A DNA stretch of 64,000 nt. It comes from a bacterium. GTDB taxonomy: Bacteria; Zhuqueibacterota; Zhuqueibacteria; Oceanimicrobiales; Oceanimicrobiaceae. The position numbers were made by a program, and so were the translations under genes. Below are positions 58,712-64,000 of this stretch, in pieces. The stretch is taken from positions 13,557 through 77,556 of the forward strand of contig JBHIAW010000001.1 of NCBI GenBank assembly GCA_046758765.1, read 5' to 3'. Each line of letters opens with the position of its first letter. Positions within the stretch are counted from its first letter, which is position 1. The notes under the pieces were generated by a model that saw only the letters and a list, made by a program, of their open reading frames with translations, was not told the DNA's origin and ran no database searches.

Positions 58712-59932
58712 ATGAGCGAAGGTTCTAAATTAGCAGTCAGGCTACAACGCGCTTTGTTGCGGCTTCTTGGAAAACAAATTAGTAAAACACCTCTCAGTCC
58801 GACCGATTTCCCAAACCATGATATTCGTCGAATACTTATAATTGGCCTTCACGATCAATTAAGAGATTTACTCTTGGCTACTCCTGTATTTAGAGCAGTT
58901 AGACAACATTTCCCTAAAGCTCATATTGCTGCTTTGGTACGAAACAACCTGGCTCCCATTTTAGACCATAATGTGAATCTCGCTGAAGTCATTTGTTTCT
59001 TTGAAAGTATTTCAGGTTGGTCAGTCAAGAAAGCAATCCAATTCGTGAAGCGTGTTCGGTCAAAGTTTGATTTGACTATTGTGCTAGATTTAGTTTCTGA
59101 TTCAGTGACCAGTGATCTATTAGCCTATCTAAGTGGCGCCAAATATGTTTTAGGCTCAGAGCATCTGGTTTTTCAACCCGGTCAAGACAATTTCATTTAT
59201 AACCTGTTAGCGCCTTATTATGATTCTAACAAACATCAGACCGAAAAAAACTTAGACATCGTCCGATTCATTCAAGTGGACACGGAGGACAAATCTGAAG
59301 AGATTTATTTAACCCAAGAAGAACGAAAGTTGGCTTGGGAGTTTCTATATGAAAACGGCTTACAACCGGATGATCTACTTTTAGCTATACGCCTCGGTGC
59401 CCGTAAAGTCAGAAATCGATGGAATGTAACAAAATTTGTTGAGTTAGCAAAATATTTTAGTTCGAGACATAATGCAAAAATAATTGTTTCATGGGGGCCA
59501 AACGATGTCAAACTGGGTCAATACTTTCTAAACAGTTTACCGTTTAAACCGGTTGAGGCCGTTGGATTGAATCTCAGAAAATTGGCGGCAGTATTTTCTT
59601 TTTGTAATTTGGTTTTCTGTTGTGACACCGATGCTATGCATTTAGCTGCGAGTGTTGGCACGCCATTAGTTGCAGTATTTGGGTCCACTGATCCCGAAGA
59701 ATGGAAGCCAATCGGGCAACGATTTGTGGGGTTAAAAGGGGTGCAGGGGAACTGCAGTTTCGTCAATGTTGCTCAGGTGATTGAGGCTGCCGAGAGACTT
59801 CTAAAAGCTTATCCTAAATCAGTAGAAGTAGGTTCTGAAGATTTTGAGATTTCTGAACAGGTGGTAGAGCGCTATCTCAATATTTTGAATCCGTTTGACA
59901 AATTGAAAAAATACTTGACAATCAAGAAATAA
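58712..59932 (+). CDS. Glycosyltransferase family 9 (LPS heptosyltransferase-like)
   Basis: RRILIIGLHDQLRDLLLATPVFRAVRQHFPKAHI N-terminal GT9 signature; 406 aa. Confidence 0.65.
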   Translation: MSEGSKLAVRLQRALLRLLGKQISKTPLSPTDFPNHDIRRILIIGLHDQLRDLLLATPVFRAVRQHFPKAHIAALVRNNLAPILDHNVNLAEVICFFESISGWSVKKAIQFVKRVRSKFDLTIVLDLVSDSVTSDLLAYLSGAKYVLGSEHLVFQPGQDNFIYNLLAPYYDSNKHQTEKNLDIVRFIQVDTEDKSEEIYLTQEERKLAWEFLYENGLQPDDLLLAIRLGARKVRNRWNVTKFVELAKYFSSRHNAKIIVSWGPNDVKLGQYFLNSLPFKPVEAVGLNLRKLAAVFSFCNLVFCCDTDAMHLAASVGTPLVAVFGSTDPEEWKPIGQRFVGLKGVQGNCSFVNVAQVIEAAERLLKAYPKSVEVGSEDFEISEQVVERYLNILNPFDKLKKYLTIKK

Positions 59933-60048
59933 ATCCATAATATGCGACGAGCGAGTTTTAATTGTGAGCCTTCCATTTTGTTCCCCATCTATGGGCATTT
60001 GTGTATGAATGTTTTAGGGAATGTGGAGCAAGTTTTTGGAGGTAGCTA

Positions 60049-60942
60049 TTGAAAGCTTTTTCATTTATCACAGATAAAGGTTATACACAAATCGGCATAG
60101 AATTTGGTGGAGAAGCTTATAATTTTTCTCTGGCCTGGGAACTATACAAACAGCTCAAAAGCAACGGAAAAGGCCCGAGTCTTAGCTTCTTACAGATCAT
60201 GGTTGAGGCCGATTTCTTCAATTTGGAAACTCTGGAAGAAGTCATACGCTCTCTTCAGGAAGTAAGGTCTATTCATGACTTAAAGTTGAAACAGCCGATA
60301 AAATTTCAGCCGCCGATTGGTCGGCCTCAAAAAATCCTTTGTTTAGGACGTAACTATAAAGCACATGCAGAAGAATTAGGCAATGCTGTTCCAGAAGAAC
60401 CCATTTTCTTTTCTAAGTCGCCTTCAGCGATCATTTCACATGAAGCGAAAATAAGGCTGCCTAAGAATATCGGACATGTTGATTATGAAGGGGAGTTAGC
60501 CATAATAATAGGCAAACAAGGCTGTCAAATTTCCGAGAAACACGCTTATGATTTTATTGCGGGATACAGTATCCTAAATGACGTCACAGCAAGGGATTTG
60601 CAAAAGTCTGATATCAAAGAAAGCAAACCTTGGTTCCGCTCCAAAAGTTTTGATACCTTCTGTCCATTTGGACCTTATTTGATTCCAAAGGATTACATCA
60701 AAGATACCAACGAACTAAACCTAGAAGTGAGAGTTAATGGCGAGCGTAAACAATTTGCTTCGATATCGCAAATGGTCTTTAGTGTTTCAGAAATTGTAGC
60801 TTATCTTGCAAAGCATCTCACTCTTCAGCCAGGAGACATAATCGCAACGGGAACACCAGCCGGCGTGGGCCCCCTTCAAGTTGGGGATGTTGTAGAATGT
60901 GAGATAAGCCAAATCGGTACTTTGAGAAATCCGGTTGAGTAG
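60049..60942 (+). CDS. Fumarylacetoacetate hydrolase (FAH) family protein (TTG start)
   Basis: N-terminal small domain plus FAH fold (GTPAGVGP near C-terminus). Confidence 0.7.
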   Translation: MKAFSFITDKGYTQIGIEFGGEAYNFSLAWELYKQLKSNGKGPSLSFLQIMVEADFFNLETLEEVIRSLQEVRSIHDLKLKQPIKFQPPIGRPQKILCLGRNYKAHAEELGNAVPEEPIFFSKSPSAIISHEAKIRLPKNIGHVDYEGELAIIIGKQGCQISEKHAYDFIAGYSILNDVTARDLQKSDIKESKPWFRSKSFDTFCPFGPYLIPKDYIKDTNELNLEVRVNGERKQFASISQMVFSVSEIVAYLAKHLTLQPGDIIATGTPAGVGPLQVGDVVECEISQIGTLRNPVE

Positions 60943-60969
60943 TCAATTGAGAAATTGTAACTTTATTAA

Positions 60970-61121
60970 GAATTAGTGTTTGAACGAAAACACAATTCTT
61001 ACTGTCATTGCGAGCGCTTTCCAGCGAAGCAATCTCCTTAATTAGGTAGGTATGAGATTGCTTCGGCAAAAAGCGCCTCGCAATGACGGTTAGAAGCTAT
61101 AAAACACTAATTAAATTATTT
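60970..61121 (+). repeat. MITE-like repeat family B, copy B2 (TIR aattagtgttt / aaacactaatt)
   Basis: Shares the gaacgaaaac, tgtcattgcgagcgctt and gattgcttcggcaaaaa(a/g)cgcctcgcaatgac core with B1; overlaps the spurious 5' extension of the S8 ORF. Confidence 0.8.
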
Positions 61122-61151
61122 CTATACCCTTACCTAAGGAAGGAGAGAGTT

Positions 61152-63170
61152 ATGCGTCTAAACTTTAAGACAGTGCTTCTTGTGTTAACTATTGGTGTCC
61201 TTACCGCTATCTTAGTGCTAAGTGCGTCTGAGAGTGAAAAACAAAAAGAAGTGCTAATCAAGTTCCGTGCCCATGCTCAGAATAGTCAAATTGATTCTTT
61301 GAGTAGGACTTTGGGGCTCACTAAAATTAAATCTTTTAAAGAGATCAATGTAGACGTATTCAAAATTTCGTCGGACTATTCTGTGAACGAAATAGTGACG
61401 ATTTGCAGTAATCTACCTTTTATCGAATATGCAGAACCAACGGCAGAGTACAGAGCTTTTTCGACAGAAACTAAATCTTCGGAATCCAGCTCTGAGCCAA
61501 AGGCAGCGGCCCCAGCCCAAAAGCAAGCCAAAGTCGCTGAATTTAAGCCTGGCGAAGTACTAATCAAATTTAAAACTACCGTACCGGACATCACAATTAA
61601 TCAACTCTTATCTGACGTTGGACTCAGTATTGACAAAAAATATGCCAACATTGGAGTACAGAAATGCAGCATCGAAATTGAAAAACCAGTGTTGCAAATA
61701 GTTGAAGAGTGTAACGCGGATGCTAATGTTGAATATGCTGAGCCAAATTACATATACCACACCTTCCTCGTTCCCAATGATCCTCGTTATTCGAGTTTGT
61801 TTGGAATGGATAATATTGATGCACCGGCAGCTTGGGATAGTCAAACCGGGAGCAAGTCAGTCATTGTGGGCGTCATTGATACTGGGGCAGACCAGGAGCA
61901 TGAAGATTTGGAAGACAACATCTGGATAAATTCTGGTGAATTTGGCGATGGTAAAGAAAATAACAACGTCGATGACGATGGCAACGGATTTGTTGATGAC
62001 TTTCAAGGTTGGGATTTCCTCAACGATGACAACAACCCGTTCGACGATAATGACCACGGGACGCACGTATCCGGCACCGTTGGTGCGGTTGGCAACAACA
62101 ATAAGGGGGTTGTGGGGGTTAACTGGAATGTCTCAATCATGCCACTAAAATTCTTAGGTTCAGATGGCAGCGGCACCAGCGCCGATGCCATTAACGCGAT
62201 AATCTATGCCACCAACATGGGTGCAAAAGTGTTAAGCAATAGTTGGGGTGGCGGTGGCTTTTCCCGCGCTTTGGAGGACGCGGTAAAGTTTGCCAACCAA
62301 AATGGCGTTCTCTTTGTTGCTGCGGCTGGAAATGATTTCAGCAATAATGATTCCTTTCCTACCTATCCAGCTAACTATGAAGTAGAGAACGTTATTTCAG
62401 TAGCAGCCAGCACGAGTAGCGACAACCTTGCTGGATTTTCCAACTTTGGAAAGAAAACAGTGGATTTAGCAGCGCCTGGGAGCAATATATTGAGCACCCT
62501 GCCGTTGAATCGATATGGAACTCTAAGTGGGACTTCCATGGCTACCCCTCATGTAAGCGGTGCGGCGGCCTTAGTTTGGGCCGAATATCCAACCATACCC
62601 ATGAAGCATGTTAAAGTTCGCATTTTAGGTTCCGTAGATAGAAAATCCAGTTTGGCTGATCGAGTGGCAACAGGAGGCAGGTTGAACGTTCATAAGGCAC
62701 TTTCAACCAATCCAATTATTGCCAATACCTCTCGCCTTGAAAATACGTTGGACGAAGTCGGACCCTACGTAGTGGAATCGGATATCATAGATGATGTTAG
62801 CGTTCAATCTGCTACGTTAACCTATCAGGTTTCTGGTCAAGAAGCTGTTGCCGTTGCCATGACTTCCACAGGTAGTGATCGATATCGCGGAGAAATTCCA
62901 GGTCAGAAATTGGGTAGCACTATTGTGTATTTCGTAAAGGCCATCGATGGAGCTGGCAATGAGACAAGAGACAGCAACTTTACCTTCGCCATTGCTGAAC
63001 CACCTAATGGTAACTGTGGATGTGGTAAACCAGCATTAGAGGTGAATATACAAAATCCCAAATTGCGCACGACCGTGAACGCTTTAGCGAATATATCGTT
63101 TTTTGTACTTCCTTTATTTGCATATAAAATCCATTCGAATCGAAGAAAAAAGCGTAGTATGAAAAAATAA
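61152..63170 (+). CDS. Subtilisin-like S8 serine peptidase with two N-terminal propeptide-like repeats and a C-terminal CGCG + TM + basic tail
   Basis: Catalytic D (VGVIDTGAD), H (HGTHVSG), S (GTSMATPHVSG). ATG 61152 has RBS AAGGAAGGAG; the track start 61083 lies inside repeat B2. C-terminus ...GNCGCGKPALEV...ISFFVLPLFAYKIHSNRRKKRSMKK. Confidence 0.85.
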   Translation: MRLNFKTVLLVLTIGVLTAILVLSASESEKQKEVLIKFRAHAQNSQIDSLSRTLGLTKIKSFKEINVDVFKISSDYSVNEIVTICSNLPFIEYAEPTAEYRAFSTETKSSESSSEPKAAAPAQKQAKVAEFKPGEVLIKFKTTVPDITINQLLSDVGLSIDKKYANIGVQKCSIEIEKPVLQIVEECNADANVEYAEPNYIYHTFLVPNDPRYSSLFGMDNIDAPAAWDSQTGSKSVIVGVIDTGADQEHEDLEDNIWINSGEFGDGKENNNVDDDGNGFVDDFQGWDFLNDDNNPFDDNDHGTHVSGTVGAVGNNNKGVVGVNWNVSIMPLKFLGSDGSGTSADAINAIIYATNMGAKVLSNSWGGGGFSRALEDAVKFANQNGVLFVAAAGNDFSNNDSFPTYPANYEVENVISVAASTSSDNLAGFSNFGKKTVDLAAPGSNILSTLPLNRYGTLSGTSMATPHVSGAAALVWAEYPTIPMKHVKVRILGSVDRKSSLADRVATGGRLNVHKALSTNPIIANTSRLENTLDEVGPYVVESDIIDDVSVQSATLTYQVSGQEAVAVAMTSTGSDRYRGEIPGQKLGSTIVYFVKAIDGAGNETRDSNFTFAIAEPPNGNCGCGKPALEVNIQNPKLRTTVNALANISFFVLPLFAYKIHSNRRKKRSMKK

Positions 63171-63191
63171 GAAAATTATTCTTGGATACTT

Positions 63192-63227
63192 AAAGCCCTC
63201 GTGATGGTAACAAACATGAGGGCTTTT
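63192..63227 (+). terminator. Putative terminator after the S8 peptidase gene
   Basis: aaagccctc ... gagggcttt stem followed by tttt. Confidence 0.5.
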
Positions 63228-63263
63228 CAGATTTTGGCAAAAAAAACCGATCTTTCATCTGAC

Positions 63264-64000
63264 ATGAAAATCAAACGCATCTTACTGTTTTGTGCAGCAG
63301 TTGGTTTTATTTACGCTGGCATCAACTATTCGTTCAATAATACAACCCAAAATGATTTTGAGAAGATTCTCTACACGTTGAGTGTTGATGAAAACGGCTT
63401 TGAGTATTTTCATGTGAGCATAGAGATAGACAATTTAGACTCGTCATTTTTGAATTTTCGAATGCCACGGTGGGCGCCTGGTGCTTACCGGCTAAGAGAA
63501 TACTTCAAGAATGTTCGCAATTTTAAGGCTTTTGACCGCTCGGGCAAGAATTTAGAGGTCCAAAGAATCAGCGAGGATGCATGGCAAGTAAGAAATTCTA
63601 ATAGTTATGTGCTGGTTGAATATGATGTTAAACCTGCATTTGAATTTTGGTCAGAGAGGACCTTGGATTCCACTTATGCTCTCGTTCAAGGGCCGGGTGT
63701 GTTTATGTATCTGGAAGGGGAAATGTCAACCCCAATTTTAGTTAAGTATAACTTACCCGATGGATGGAAGATCGCTTCGCCACTAAAACAGATTAACGGC
63801 AAAAACCTTTTTTATGCAGAAGGCTATGATCGTTTTATTGATGCACCGACACAATTAGGGTATTTTAAGCAGTATGGATTTGAGCTGGAGGACGTGCCCT
63901 TTGAATTGATTGTTTACGGTAATGCCGATTTTTCAGTCGATAGCTTTCTTGTGATGGTGAAAGATATTTGTCAATATCAAATTAACTTGTTTCGAGATAT
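63264..64000 (+). CDS. M61-like (glycyl aminopeptidase family) peptidase N-terminal part, 3'-truncated at window end
   Basis: Signal peptide MKIKRILLFCAAVGFIYAG; motif FRMPRWAPGAYRLREY recalled from M61 N-terminal domains; ORF runs off the window. Confidence 0.45.
   Translation, partial: MKIKRILLFCAAVGFIYAGINYSFNNTTQNDFEKILYTLSVDENGFEYFHVSIEIDNLDSSFLNFRMPRWAPGAYRLREYFKNVRNFKAFDRSGKNLEVQRISEDAWQVRNSNSYVLVEYDVKPAFEFWSERTLDSTYALVQGPGVFMYLEGEMSTPILVKYNLPDGWKIASPLKQINGKNLFYAEGYDRFIDAPTQLGYFKQYGFELEDVPFELIVYGNADFSVDSFLVMVKDICQYQINLFRD

Noticed and set aside
61083-61151. Long start (MTVRSYKTLIKLFLYPYLRKERV...) for the S8 peptidase
   Set aside because: These codons lie within MITE copy B2. The downstream ATG at 61152 has a strong RBS and is followed by a canonical signal peptide.

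Overview
The window is a low-GC (~40-45% by eye) bacterial chromosomal segment. The first ~27 kb is core: rpoB (5'-truncated), rpoC, the str operon (rpsL-rpsG-fusA-tuf), then the S10-spc-alpha ribosomal protein operons with secY, map, infA, rpmJ, rpoA and rplQ. All genes are on the + strand, and several have non-ATG (TTG/GTG) starts. Downstream come hutU-hutI fused to a lipoprotein/outer-membrane-protein pair, a TPR protein, glyA, nrdR, tatC, dcd, three consecutive metal-dependent phosphohydrolases (PHP, MBL, HD), rng, rplU-rpmA, mdh, gatC, pyrG and an lptC-lptA-lptB-rpoN-hslV-hslU block. The last ~11 kb reads as accessory: a Hanks-type Ser/Thr kinase fused to a TolB-N-like/TPR region, a lone ornithine carbamoyltransferase (OTCase) translationally coupled to a FemAB/GNAT-like protein, two glycosyltransferases (GT4-like, GT9 heptosyltransferase-like), an FAH-family hydrolase, an S8 peptidase with an unusual C-terminal tail, and a partial M61-like peptidase. 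No rRNA, tRNA or CRISPR was found. The most distinctive thing visible by eye is at least three families of small TIR-bounded non-autonomous (MITE-like) elements sitting in intergenic spacers. Family A has 5 copies of ~120 bp, one with a perfect 8-bp target site duplication (TSD). Family B has 2 copies of ~150 bp. A single 348-bp element upstream of rng has a perfect 9-bp TSD. They lie next to terminators and promoters, and one sits inside the lptCAB operon. Canonical TTGACA-17-TATATT promoters argue against Bacteroidetes-type promoter usage. The phylum cannot be assigned from sequence alone.
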